DNA of 64,000 nt from Mobula birostris (lineage: Eukaryota). Of this stretch, positions 25,717 to 39,344 are shown piece by piece. A program made the position numbers and the translations under genes. The stretch's first letter is position 1; each line of letters starts with the position of its first letter. The notes below the pieces were generated by a model that saw only the letters and a program-made list of their open reading frames with translations, was not told the DNA's origin and searched no databases. The stretch spans positions 30,949,119 to 31,013,118 of the forward strand of contig NC_092392.1 in NCBI RefSeq assembly GCF_030028105.1. The letters run 5' to 3'.

Positions 25717-27084
25717 TGTTGTGGACCCCTAGGTTTTGGACGGTCACTTTAAGGCACAAGAGAGAACTGAGAGTAACTTTTGGATTTCTGCTGAGAGAGA
25801 GAGAGAGGCAGAGTCTGCCTTTCAGCTCGTGTTTACACTTTTACAAGGACACTGACTACTGCTGTCAGCTTCTGGATTGCCATGGAAAAAGAAAAAGGGG
25901 GAGGGGGAGAGGGGGATATTTGATGGACAATTGATGTTATGGTTTCTCTGCAGCATGTTTACTTTTTACAAGGACAGTTACAGACACAGAGAAACACATG
26001 CTCAGAGTCAAGATGGATTCAGTCGATGGAAGACACCTGTGAGTCGGTCGCTGGTTTAAACTTTCAGTAGCCCAAAAGGGGTGAGTTGAGATTGATCCTG
26101 ACTACTGACAAATGACTCTCACAAGTTGTCTGCAACTAGAACAAGTTTGCAGGAAGAGAAGAGGGGAGAGGAAGGTTTGAAACAGAAGAAACCTAGTGAC
26201 AAAGAGATCACTGTTTGGACTCTCTCTCTAAGTAGCCCGTGAAGGTGAGTTTGAGTTCCATTCGAATACGAAGGTGTGACTGTCACATAGTTAATCCACA
26301 GGAGTGGGTTCTCTGGTGAGGGGAGTACCTTTGTGAATACCACTTGTGTGTTACCCTTGTTTGGGCGTGGTAGTTTACTGAAGAAAGGCACCCCTGTGGC
26401 AAATCACTGTTGGAGTTATTTCGTATGTCGTGGAACTGGATAAGTGGCTATCACATTGAGTGTTTGGGGTAACCTTGTGGAATCTACCAGTGTGTCGACC
26501 CTTGCCTGGGTGGTAGTTCCTTTGAAGAGGGTCCCCTTTGTGATAAGCTACTGTTGGTGATAATCCATACGTGGACCCTGTTGGAGTATCCTGTGGCCAC
26601 CACTTTGGGATGACCCGTAGCTGAGTCCAGGTGTGGTACCACTTGTGCTGGGAGGATATTCGCTGAAAATCACTGTCGGTGATACTTTGTGTGTGGAGTG
26701 GAACAACTTCAGAGATAAAACCTACTACTATTGTTATCTTGTATTGCTATCATGGAATCTGTAGAATATTGACATGATTGCCTTCTCTCAACATTTACCC
26801 TGGATTACAAATATCTCTCTCTCATCACCTATTCTGTGGATGAACTGAACTTTCATACTTTACCATCTCAAGACTCTAAGCCTTGTTTCCCCCAAGCTCA
26901 ATAGATCGGGAGTTCTATTTACACACATTTATACACGTAACACTGTTAACCTGTTTGATTTATCTGGTTATATATTACTGTTTTGCATAGTTGCTAATAA
27001 AACTAGAGTTTGTTAAAAGCAAAACCAGACTAAAGATGTGTTCCATTTCTGCTGGTTCTGTAACCCGTTACGGGGTATGTAACA
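25717..27084 (+). mobile_element. Solo LTR (1368 bp), probably Gypsy or ERV type
   Basis: TGTT...AACA termini, perfect 4-bp TSD gaat (25713-25716 and 27085-27088), AATAAA near 26996, no internal ORF. Confidence 0.8.
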
Positions 27085-27405
27085 GAATAGACCCAAGAAA
27101 GGAAGTATGGACAACTGTTCCTCTTTCCTGAAATGAATTGTTTGATTTTATTTCACAAAGATAACCAGAATTAACAAGTCAATGCAGAGGTGAAAAACAA
27201 CTACACTGCAAACTTAACGGGTATCATGGTTCTTTAGAGGAATGATCATCAGATCAATGAATGGAAGGTTTAATTACTTTAAGTGCATTAACACAACAAA
27301 TGGAATTTAAAGTCATCTTTTACCAAGTCTATTTCCATTTCAGAATGGTGAAACAATTGTATGTAACATTATTTTTTGAAACACTTTGAGGGAAGAAAAA
27401 GAAAA

Positions 27406-27488
27406 TTACAGTAATTCCTCAATTTGTGGTATAACCCTTCGTGTCACTATAAAAAGTTTCTGACCTTGGATAGAGTAATAGCAGTTAC
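27406..27488 (-). CDS. HDAC10: HDAC10 candidate terminal coding exon (GNCYYSIQ...IEELL*; 703-aa protein)
   Basis: Acceptor ctttctttaatacag, 94-nt intron, open phase-1 frame, AATAAA at 27147-27152. Confidence 0.4.
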
Positions 27489-27582
27489 CTGTATTAAAGA
27501 AAGGACTGAGGGACAGAAATGACCATGAATTGCATTACTGATATTTAATCCTTCTGGAATATGTAAAGATTTTTTTGCTTAC

Positions 27583-27733
27583 CACTGTTCTGAACTAATT
27601 TCCAGTGCTGCTTCAGTTCTTGCTTAAGTTTCATCAGCATGAGTACATTTTCTTGATTTAAAACAAGAGATCCTACTGCAGGTAAAGTGTCACCTAGCAA
27701 GGAACTTGTCAAAGTCTCCACAAGGTCAGAAGC
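27583..27733 (-). CDS. HDAC10: HDAC10 coding exon 19
   Basis: ASDLVETLTSSLLGDTLPAVG...LKQHWKLVQNS; AG/GT boundaries. Confidence 0.8.
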
Positions 27734-29338
27734 CTAAGAAAAAAAAATCTATTTAAGATGATACTGGATTTTAATACAAAATTCCCTTTCAGTAACTTTT
27801 AAGGCAAACTAGGTTAGTGCTGTCATGTTAGCTTAAAAAAAATCAGTATTTCCCAGTTTACTTCAACTTTCCCTATATTGTCTATTCAAAGTTCAAAACA
27901 AATTTTATTATTGAAGTACATATATTTCACCATATACAATCCTGAGATTCATTTTCTTGTGGGCATACCCAACAAATCTATAGAATAGTAACTATAACAG
28001 GATCAATGAAAGACCGCCCAACCTGGGCGTTCAGAGTGCAGAAGACAACAAACTGTGCAAATACAAATATAAATAAACAGCAATAAGTAACGAGAGCATG
28101 AGATGAAGAGTTCTTGAAAGTGAGTCCAATGGCTATGGGAACATGTTGCTGATTGTGCAAATTAAGTTGAGTGAAGCTATTAACCCCTTTTGTTCAACAA
28201 CCTGATGGTTGAGGGGTAGTAACTGTTCCTGAACCCAGTGGTGTGAATCCTGAGGCTCTTGTACTTTTTACCTGATGGCAGCAGCGAGAAGAGAGCATGG
28301 CCTGGATGGTGGGGATCCCTGATGATGGATGCTTCTTTCCTATGACAGTGTTTCAAGTAGGATGTGTTCAATGGTGGGGAGGGCTTTACCTGTGATGTAT
28401 TGGGCCAAATCCATTACTTTTTGGAGGATTTTCCTTTCAAGGGCATTGATGTATCCATACCAGGCTGTGATGCAGCCAGTCAATACACTCTCCACTACAC
28501 ATCAATTGAGGTTAGTCAAAGTTTTAGATGTTATGCTGAATCTCTGGAAATTCCTAAGGGAGTAGAGGAGCAGCCATGCTATCCTTACAACTGCACTTGC
28601 GTGCCAGGCCCAGAACAGGTCCTCTGAAATAGTAACGCCTAGAAATTTAAAGCTGCCAACCTTCTCCACCTCCGATGAGGACTGGCTCATGGACATCTGG
28701 TTTCCCTCTCCCGAAGTCTACAATCAGTTCCTTGGTCTTGTTGACATTGTGTGAGAGATTGTTGTTATGACACCACTCAGCCAGATTTTCAATCTCCTCC
28801 CTTCAATGTCCTGTTAGTACTTTTTCTTCTTGTGTCCTTTCAAAGTCATGAGATCATCAATGATGGGCATAAGAGCAGTGGCTTAATGAATGATGACAGC
28901 AGGATTTGCAGTCACAAAAACTCCTAGAGCCAAGTGGTGGACACGTATGTCACTGTTATGGCCCCAGTGCTATGTGACTTGAGGAATGGTTTCACAATAC
29001 TGTCAGTTGGCATAGATCAGCTAGAGCCAACTTATTGACAATTCAGCATGGAAACAAACCTTTCAGCTTATTTTTGGATCTGACTAACCAATCTGACCTA
29101 CAGGAAGTGGGTCAGAATATACGTATACATGTGTTCCTTAGTGATAATTTAGTCAGCAAAGCCTTGTAGCAATAAAGCTTTTGTAGTACTAGTACCAGGC
29201 CAGAAATCTGTAAATACAACAGGATTGGCCATTTTAAACACAGGGCTCGTGTACATTGATGCAAAGTAAATATGTTAAACCGTTGCAAACAAAAAAATTG
29301 ATCTGTAGCCTAAAAGAATTCAGTTAATTTTAACATAC

Positions 29339-29527
29339 CTGGCTTATTACAAGAATCTGACCTTCAGCAAACAACTGGAGTAACTGTGTCAAGTGAGCTA
29401 GTGCGAGTGCTTCAATTCCAGTGTTACCTCCCACAGCCAAAATCACGAGTTCAGGTCTGTGGCTATATGCCAGAGGTAAAATTAACTCAAATGTTGCATA
29501 TAGAAGATCCCCATCGCATTCATTATC
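29339..29527 (-). CDS. HDAC10: HDAC10 coding exon 18 (pseudodeacetylase domain)
   Basis: LILPLAYSHRPELVILAVG...LAHLTQLLQLFAEGQILV; AG/GT boundaries. Confidence 0.88.
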
Positions 29528-30158
29528 CTGCGAGAAACAAATTTCACAAATTGAATACGTGAATGGTTACATCTTAAAAAGAAAGCAGCACAGGCAAGTG
29601 GCATTGAACATTGGACTGCTGGCTGCTGCAGTTAGGCTGGCAATCGGTCAGAGCACTTTTTCTGATTTTAAGTCTCTCCTTCCAGGAAAGATACAATATC
29701 TCCAAATATTGGAAATTCTCTTAAAAATATAAGCATTGGCCCAAATTAGGAGGCTTTAAGTGGAAATACTAGAATTTAAGGTGCAATAAAAAAAAATCAA
29801 GAATGTGCTCTTGTTGCAGTGATAACAATTAAAAATATATTTTAAACCCACTAGTTCATACTAAATACAGAAAAGGAAACGTACAGTATATATATTAAAC
29901 AACTGCACAAAGATTCAGAGAACAGAACTGAGTGATGTAAGCAGTCCAATATCACTGAATTTTAACCTTAGGTAACCTGCAATATGTAATTCCCACAAGT
30001 ATGCTCACATCATTTACGCTGTTCTTTTCACAACTTCAGTTATTCTGAGTGTTGAATTCTGAACATATTAAAAGACAATTAGTGCTGTATTTAGTAAAGT
30101 TTCAGTTTTCACATTGATGATGAGATGTTCATGTAGTTTTTATTTCTAATCCTTAAAA

Positions 30159-31253
30159 CAGGGGTTCTTAACCTAAGGTCTACGGACCCCTTACAGGTCT
30201 GTGGATAGATTCCCGGGGGGGGGGGGCGGGAGGGGTCCATGAACTTTTTTTAAGATTATGAGGACACGCAGTCCTCTTTTATTGTCATTTAGTAATGCAG
30301 ACATCCCACCTCTCCCAGAAGTTCCGGGAGTCTCCCGCATATTAATAGTGGCTCTCTGATGCCTGCAAGTTATATACAATATCATGGAAATCAATTTTTT
30401 TGAGAGCGAGAGAGAGAAAGCAAGAGAGAGCCCGAGAAAGAGAGAGAGCGTGTGCAAGCGACGAGAGAGAGAGAGAGAGAGCGTGCGCGAGCGACGAGAG
30501 TGCACGCGCGCGCCATGGCAGACTGTTCCAAAAAAAAAGTACGTCACCCCAGACTACCCTAAAGTGTAGCCCTGCCTAATAGGGGTCAAAAATAATGCCA
30601 GTGTTGCTTGCTGCACTGTTTGCAACAGTGACTTTTCTATTGCCCATGATGGGTTAAGACCGTAAAAGTCATGTTGAGGTGAGTTTAACAGGTGTCATTC
30701 GTTCATTAGCATAGCTAACGTTATTTAAACTAGATGGCTAGCTGCTCTATTGCAGACATCCCACTTCTCCCAGAAGTTCTGGGAGTCTCCCGCAAATGGA
30801 TGGTGCTACCTCCCTGAAATGAGTTTTTGCAGGTTGGTATGTCTGGTAATGCATGCATTAAGAAATGATGAAATGTTCCTCCGGTGTGATATCACAGAAA
30901 CACAAGACAGACCAAGACTGAAAAACTGACAAAAACCACATTATAACATATAGTTACAACAGTGCAAGCAATACCGTAACTTGATGAAGAAAAGGCCATA
31001 GGAACTTGGATAGAAAAAAAATGTACATCTTTATTTTCATGAACCTCTAACTGAAATTTAACATTTCCTTCAATTATGAATGTAGGCAACAAACCACAGT
31101 ACTATTAGCACTATCTGTAACTTTTCACCAATAGCAATCACAGATAGTTTCATTTCACATTTCATGTTACAATACATTATTTTGAGTAGAGGTCCATAGG
31201 CTTCACTGGAATGTCAGAGGGGTCTATGGCTTAAAAACAGTTAAGAACTCCTG
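30159..31253. mobile_element. hAT MITE containing a LINE tail and a nested CAGACAT-type element (30298-30845)
   Basis: Outer TIRs caggggttcttaac / gttaagaactcctg; inner element flanked by a perfect 6-bp GTAATG duplication. Confidence 0.7.
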
Positions 31254-32339
31254 CCTAAAAGCGTTCATTGTTTGAATAATATACACCATTCAGAAACTCC
31301 TATTGCGAATTCCTGATGAAACATTACAAATAAACCAGTAATTTCCGGTGTCTTGCTGTATATCAGTTTCAATTCCAGTTAGAAATTCCACCTTTACAGC
31401 TCACTTTCACCTTATTCAATCGCTTCTAGGACAAAGAGGTTAGGTTTATTTATACAGAGAAATAACAAGTAATTCAGTGCATTCTGTATATCCCACATAC
31501 ATGGATATGGACCAAATAGCAAAACAACTCTGCTAAATTGTTAGAATTAAATCTAGACCTCAACAATTAATAAAGATTTCTCCATTTGGCAGTTTCACGC
31601 ACAGTATTAAGTAAAGGTGCCTACTTGCCTTGGATTTCATTATATCCCATGGAGTAATTAATTTTTTGTTTCTGCATGGGTACCTAATTGATTTTATACA
31701 TACAGTATTACAGAAGCAGCATATTACAAAAACAGTAGTCTTGTTCTGACTATTAAAATAATGGATTGCAATTTAGACCATAAGATATAGGAACAGAATT
31801 AGGCCATTTGGCCCATTGGGTCTGCTCTGCTATTTCATCACGGTTGATCCATTTTCCCTCTCAGCCCTAGTGTCCTGCCTTCTTCCTGTATCCCTTCATG
31901 CCCTGACTAATCAAGAATCTATCAACCTCTGCCTTCAAAATAACCAATGACCTGGCCTCCACAGCCGCCTGTGGCAACGAATTCCAAAGATTCACGATTC
32001 TCTGGCTAAAGAAATTCCTCCTCATCCAAGTGGATGTCCCTCTATTCTGATCTGAATGTTTTGATTTAAATATGATGGGAAGCAAGCTATGATTTTAGGG
32101 AGATTTGTTATGCTTTAATAATGCCTAATTCTTTTTGTTCCTTATCTTCTTCCATCTAGTGAACTAGCATCCCAATCACATCTGGGCATTTGGTCTGTCA
32201 AACTATAGCCAGGTTTATGGTTTTAATTGATTTTGTTGTCATGTTTAGTTTAGGGAGTTGAATCTTCTGTATCTATTCACTTGTCAGCAAAGGATGTGAA
32301 CATGCAGAGGAGAAGGTACCTGGTTGTTTCCAGGTCCTT

Positions 32340-33260
32340 TAAGACAGAGTGGTAGATGTGTATATGGATTTTAGCAAGGTGTTCAACAAGGTTCCCATGT
32401 TGGCATCATTCAGAAAGTCAGGAGACATAGGTTCCGGGAAACTCTGATGCATAAATTCAGAACTGGCTTGCCACAGAAGGCAGAGGGTGGTACTAGATGG
32501 AGCATATTCTGCCCAGAGGTCAGTGACCAATGGTGTTCCATAGGGATCAGTCCTGGGACACCCTGCACTTTGTGATTTTTATAAATGACTTAGATGAGTA
32601 AGTGGAAGGGTGAGTTAAGTTTGCAGATGACACGAAGATTTGTGGTGTTGTGGATAGTGTAGAGGGTAATTGAAGGTAAAAACAGGACATTGATAGGGTG
32701 CAGAACTGAGCTGAGAAGTGGCATATGGAGTTCAATGCAAAGAACTGTAAAGTGATACAGTTTGAAAGGTCCAACTTGAGGGCAGATGGTTAATGGCAGG
32801 ATTCTTAGCAGTGCGTTAGAACAGAGGTATCTTGGGGTCCACCATGATAAACAGATTCCTCAAAGTTGCTATACAAGTTAATAGGATAATTAAATAGGCA
32901 CATCATGTGTTGGTCTTCATTAGTTGGAGGATTAAGTTCAAGAGCCACGAGGTAATGTTGCAGCTCTATAAAATCCTGATTAGATCACACTTGGAGTATT
33001 GTGTTCAATTCTGGTCACCCCATTATAGGAAGGATGTGGAAGCTTTAGAAAGGATGCAGAGGAGATTTACAAGGATGCTGCCTGGATGAGAGAGGATGCC
33101 TTATAAGGAAAGATTGAGTGAGCTAGGTCTCTTTTCTTTGCAGCAAAGAAGGATTAGAGGTGACTTGATAGTGGTGTACAAAGTGACAAGAGGCATAGAT
33201 AGGGTAAATGGCCAGTACCTTTTCCACAGGAAGAAATGGCTAATATGAGAGTGCATTATT
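32340..33260 (+). mobile_element. CR1-type LINE RT remnant
   Basis: VYMDFSKVFNKVP, KFADDTK and LYKILIRSHLEYCVQFWSP motifs. Confidence 0.8.
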
Positions 33261-33630
33261 AATGTGGAATGCTGCAAGTCTGATTCACTGATTTATTGGT
33301 GGATGGCAATAACAGATGGCAGGGGAGCTGCGTGGCCTCGGTCGTAGTGAGGACTAGGCCTTAAGCTGTGGTGTTGCCTGTTTACAGCCACCCAGGAGAG
33401 AGGTGTTGGAGTTGGTGCGCTCTAGTGGAGTGCTAGGGGCAGTGTGGCGTGGCATCCAAGCTGGAGTCAGTGCTATCCCCCAGTGTTCGCTCAGCAGAAG
33501 ACAAGCCATATTGTGTTCAAGTGCAGACTGCTGCACCATTCATGCATTCAGGGTCTTGGACTTTATTTTTCGTGTGACTGTATTTTGCTGATATCTTATA
33601 TATGCTTGCTATCTTATAAGTGCTATACGT

Positions 33631-33666
33631 GTCCTGACGAAGGGTCTTGGCCCGAAACGTCGACTG
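33631..33666 (+). ncRNA. Minimal type I hammerhead ribozyme motif (Penelope terminal repeat)
   Basis: GTC-CTGACGA-AGGGTCTTGGCCC-GAAAC-GTC-GAC; intact core; predicted cleavage after C33661. Confidence 0.6.
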
Positions 33667-35113
33667 TACCTCTTCCTAGAGATGCTGCTTGGCCTGCTGT
33701 GTTCACCAGCAACTTCTATGTGTGTTGTGTGCTATACGTGTCTTGTGCTGTTTATGATCGTTGGTACTATGATTTGCACCTTGGCCCCAGAGTAACACTG
33801 TTTTGTTTGGCTGTATTTATGTACAGTTGAATGATAATTAAACTTAAACTTTTAATGTGATTTGAGGAAAATATGGGGATATGTCAGAGGTAGTTTTGTT
33901 TTTACAGAGGGTGGTAAGTGCATGGCTAGTGGTAAGGGTGGGGGTCATTAGAGATATTTACAGGCTCTTAGACACATGGATGAAAGAAAACTGGAGGTTC
34001 ATTTTGGAGGGAAGGGTTAGATTGATCTTGGAACACGTTACAGGTTCGCACAACACCATGGACCGAAGGGCCTGTACTGTTCTATGTTCTGTGTTTCAGT
34101 TATGGGGAGATACTAGATTGGCAGGGTTTGTTCTCCTAGCAGCAGAGGAATTTGAAGGGATGGTCTTTCACTGATTCTATTGTGTTTCTTATATTTACTG
34201 TGAATACCAGGAAGAAAATGAATCTCAGGGTTGTGTATGTGACATATAGATATGTACTTTGATAATAAATCTATTTTGAACTTTAAACCAGATATATGTA
34301 CGTCAAGGTTATCAGGGGCTTGGACGGGGGGGGGGGGAGGGGGGGACGGGAGGGGGTTATTAAGCAAATTTTCCCTACTAGGGGGATGTCAAATTGGGAA
34401 GATATAGGTTTAAGGTGAGGTGCAAGAGGGTTACATTGGAACGGAAGAATTTTTTTCACATCCAGTGGGTGGGTATCATCTGGAATGTAAATGATGGAAA
34501 TGGTACCCACACAACACTCAAGTAGTACCTTGATGAACACTTGATTCACCAAGACACAAGAAGGCTACAATCAAAGTCTGATATGTAGAATCAATATAAA
34601 ATGTCATTAATTGATAAGCATGGAAAGAGTGGATCTGAGTGACCTGTCTCTGGGCTATATTATTCTATCAGTCTACAAAAGGAAACCATTGTTTTTCCAC
34701 CTCTCCAAGCCTTCCTCATCATTCAGAATCAGAATCTGGTTTATTATCACTGACATATGTCGTGAAATTTGTAATTTTGATGCATCAGTACAGTGCAAGA
34801 CATAAAAATTACCATCAGTTACAAAAATAAATAAATAAAAAATACTAAAGAGGAATAATGAGGTAGTGGTCATGGATTGTTCAGAAATCTGATGGCAGAG
34901 GGAGGGAAGCTGTTCCTAAAATGTTGAGTGTGGGTTTCCAACATCTCCTGCAACTCCTCCCTGATGGTAATAATGAGAAGAGAGCATGATGTGAATGGTG
35001 AGGTTCCTTAATGATGGATACCACCTTCTTGAGACACTACCTCTTGAAGACATTCTCAGTGGTGGGGGGGATTACACCTGTGATGGAGTGGCTGAGTCTA
35101 TAGCCCTCTACAG

Positions 35114-35193
35114 CAGGGGTTCCCAACCAGGGGTCCACGGACCCCTTGCTTAATGGTATTGATCCATGCCATAAAAAAGGTTGGGAACCCTTG
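35114..35193. mobile_element. 80-bp hAT MITE
   Basis: TIRs caggggttcccaacc / ggttgggaacccttg; 8-bp TSD ctctacag/ctctatag. Confidence 0.8.
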
Positions 35194-35471
35194 CTCTATA
35201 GTCTCTTTCGATCCTGACCATTGGAACCTTCATAGCAGGTGGGTGACGTAAACAGTCAGAATGCTGTGCATACATACATCTGTAGAAACTTGCAAGAGAC
35301 TGCAAATCATTTGTCAATGTTGAAGCAAGGAACCTTTACTGAATCCTTTAAACTAGTTATCAACCACCAGGAAATTCCAAATTATCTAATTAATGGAATA
35401 TAAAGCATTCCCAAACTGAATTTGGCATGCATTTCCATGATAATTATGCCATAGCCATTTTCTACACTTAC

Positions 35472-35553
35472 CTCTTTCCAGCAAATCGGGATAAAGTAAT
35501 TGTTTACTCCCATTGTGTCATGCTTCCTACATATGTACACCACCAGGATTTTT
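35472..35553 (-). CDS. HDAC10: HDAC10 coding exon 17
   Basis: KILVVYICRKHDTMGVNNYFIPICWKE; ttttcag/gtaagt boundaries; phases fit. Confidence 0.75.
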
Positions 35554-37687
35554 CTGAAAATAACATTTCAAAAAAACTTCATATAATTTTCAATATTAGT
35601 TTTTCTTAAGTTCAAATCCAAGTTCAAGTTTATTGTTATTCAACTGTACACTTGTATACCATCAAATGAGACAATGTTCCTCCAGTCCAAGGTGCACAAC
35701 ACAGTACATACAACTCACACACATAAAGTAATATTACCACAAATTAACAAATAATAAGGTGAATATCCAAGTTAAAAGTAAACAGGATAACACTAGTGGT
35801 GCTTCATATGTGATGAGACCAGGGTGGTGGCAGGGAGTTCAGTTGCTTTACAGCCTGGGGAAGAAGGTGTTTCCCATCCAAACGGTTCTTGCCCTCATGC
35901 CTGATACTGGGGGGTGGTCAAAGAGATTGTTGGCTGCAGCACTCTTGATAGATATCTCTAATGGGTGGAGGAGACCCTGATGATCATCTCAATTTATCAT
36001 TTACCATTCTGAATACATAAGGTGAAGAATTCTAAGCATCTCCAATATAGTTTGAGTACAAGTGCTGATATGCCATATTTATAAAGTAACCTCCAATGAT
36101 CAATAAATGGACTCTGAATCTTCAGTTGTTGTTTCTATTACGTCTTCTCAATGGTTGAGAATGCAAACATAATTTTTAATTTAAGTTTATCCTCCATTAG
36201 TCCTTTCGGAGGATAAAAAGTTAATTACAAAAAAAAGGGCTAATATTTGATTGTCAGATGTACTTATTAGGGACAAAATGAGAATACATTTAGCAAATAA
36301 CTAAGCAGGGGAAAAATAAGCCACAATTCCTGACTCTTTCCAGCTCTGTGTTATCTGCAAACGTAGAGATACAGGATTTAGTTCCCTCATCAAAATCATT
36401 GGCAGATGTTGTGAACTGTTGGAGTCCAAGTATTGATCCCTATTGCATCCCACTGCTGCTTAAAAAGACCCATTTATTTCTATTCTGTTTACTATCTGTC
36501 AAATAATTCTCTATCCTTGCCAGTATATTTACTCCAATCACAAGTGTTTTAATTTTGCACAGTGACTACTCATATGGTCCTCATCACAAGCCTTCTGAAC
36601 GTCCAAATATGTCACATTTGCTGACTCTCCCTACGAGTTACACTCAAGAAATGCCAGTGGATTTGTTATGTATATCCATGTTGTTTGATCAACCCTGTTA
36701 ATGCTTTTCAAGTGTTCTGTAATTATCTATTCTATAACAGAATCTTGTATACCCCTAACCACTGAAGATTTATAGCTGTTGAAAACACCCATTCTTAAAC
36801 TGTGGGAGCAATTTAGAAACACATTTACATTGGCACCAATATTCAGCGAGACAATGTCTTTAACTCATATTCCTTATTATTTTTGGTTTATAACCCAAGT
36901 TTCAAATTAACAATCAGTACACCTCACATGTGGCAGACAATTCCAAATTCCTGACAGTCCCTGTATGTAAAAGGATTTCCTAACTTTACTCTTGAAAGAG
37001 TTGGCCCTAACGTTCAGACAGTATCCTCTAGTTGCAGAAATAGGGCAGTAAGTTAAAGATAAATTTATCCATCTTAATTCCTGAATTGTTGATCAAATAA
37101 AGATTTCTAGGGTAGTATATGGCGACACATACATATTTCGATAATAAATTTACTTTGAAATTAACTATTTGTCACCTGTACATCGAAATATACAGTGAAC
37201 TATATCATTTGTGTCAAATCAAATCAGCAAAGGTTGTGCTGGGCAGCCTCCAAGCATTGCCACACTTCTGGCCAACATAGTACAGCTACTGTACATCTCA
37301 CTAAATCTAACCATACCTCTGTGTTTTGGATTGTGGGAGGAAACCCTGGGTTCATGGGGAAGACATACAAACTCCTTATAGACAGTGGTGGGAATTGAAC
37401 TCGAGTCTTACCATGTGCTGTAAAGCATGGCGCCAACCACTACGCTACTGCACTGTGTAATTAATCATCTAAATATCAGCAGCAAAATCCATATTTTAAA
37501 TTTAATTCTAGAATTCCAAGTATTATTTGCAGAGATCTATGCTACCTGCCACCAAAATCTCCATATCTTCTCTAAGGTACAGTCTCTCAATTGCTCATTT
37601 CAGGTATGGGTTTTTAACAGCTATGACATAATTTCCAAAAAATTCAAGATCTTAAATACCATTTGAAGATAAACAAAAGAAACATAC

Positions 37688-37744
37688 TCATCAGCTTTAA
37701 TATCAGTTGGAATGTCAGCTTCTCCAACCACTAGAAGTAAAACT
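37688..37744 (-). CDS. HDAC10: HDAC10 coding exon 16
   Basis: RVLLLVVGEADIPTDIKAD; AG/gtatgt boundaries. Confidence 0.75.
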
Positions 37745-38694
37745 CTTGAGGAAAAACGTACACAGAATTAACATACAAGTATTCTTCAAGCTTCAGACAA
37801 TAACTAAAAGCCAAGTCAACTGAAATGTCAGTGAAAGCAGTATTATTTTAAGACTACAACAAAGTAGTCACACCTATAATTGAATAAGTTAGTTATTCCA
37901 TCATGCCATAAAGAAGATTCAATTATTATAGTTGGAATGTAATAGAGGAACAGAACTTTTCAAAAGATATTTGGGATTACTTTCATGAGTAGAGAAGTAC
38001 ACTAGATATAAAATACTGATTATCCAAGTTTAATAAACCAGGACATGTGATGTGCATCAGCTGCTCATACAACCATCCCCCACCTGCTCCCATGATTTCA
38101 TGTGACCTTGATTGGGGAACTAAGCAGGTGCTCACAGGTGACCTGCAGACTAGTGGAGGGAAGGAGCACCTTACAGCTCTTTTGGTAGAGACAACCCTGC
38201 CACCCATCACACTTAATAAGGGAACCTAAAGTGACAGACTTTTCTCAACCATGACGTTTTAAAGTTTGTCCCTCACTCCAAATTTCAGCAGTAAAATCAG
38301 AGAATAGCAGAGTAGACACTCTAGTCAGTAAATGACTCTGATCTCCACTTGAAAAATCTGAAAGAATCGGTTATGACTGCTGGTAGGCTCAATATTTAGT
38401 CTGTACTAACTTAGTTTAATTTAGCAGAGATGATACTGGAGACACAGCTGTTAATATGAGCTCTAAATTAGAGAGAGGCAAACTGGCCACAGTTTTGGTC
38501 CTGATTGCTAATCTATATTCCCTGCTAGAAGCTTGTATAGATGCAAGGGAGAATCCTCTAGGGATCTGTCAGCAAACATTCAATATTAAGGTGGGATGCT
38601 AGAAGGTAGTTGGTACATGAATTTACACCTTCAGAACAACTGGCATCAGGTGTTGCAATACAATGAAACCAAGTAAATCTCATTATTTACATAC

Positions 38695-38777
38695 CTGCTT
38701 GCTCCAATGGTAATGCCATACCGTGCTGCAATGGCACTAGATGATAATGTAGGAACTACCACAATACCATTTTGGAC
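38695..38777 (-). CDS. HDAC10: HDAC10 coding exon 15
   Basis: VQNGIVVVPTLSSSAIAARYGITIGASR; AG/gtatgt boundaries. Confidence 0.78.
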
Positions 38778-39344
38778 CTAAGTAACAAGAAGCAAAGATA
38801 TAAAAGTATTATACTGGTTGATGCAGTTCTGTACTAAGCTATTTTTAGTAAAGATCTTCAGGAAAGAAGCTGAGCTCAAACCTTTGCACTAAATGGGCAT
38901 TATAACTCAAGGACACTCCAGTTCTATTTTGTTAAAATTATCATTTTCACAATACCCTTAATGTGGCATAGGTATTTTGCAGAAGTATTACCAACCAAAT
39001 TTGACAATGATGAGATATCATGATGGGTAACCAAAATTTTAGACAAATAAATATTGCTAATGGAGAACCCCTTAAAGGAAAAAAAGAAAGGGAGGGCTAC
39101 ATTTTTATGAAGGTATTAAGAACTTGTGGTACAATTAAAACCACAGTTCCTTTTACTGAATTCCACAGATTGAAAAATCAAGATGCACACCAGAAGACTG
39201 AAGAGATTCCATAATTGTAAGCACGAGGAAGTTACAATGAAAGGAATGAGTGAAATCAGAGGTGATGTGAACACAGGAATGTCTAAAGGCAAAGTCAAGT
39301 TTATTGCCAGATGCACCAGTACATGTATATTCAGATGCACAGGA

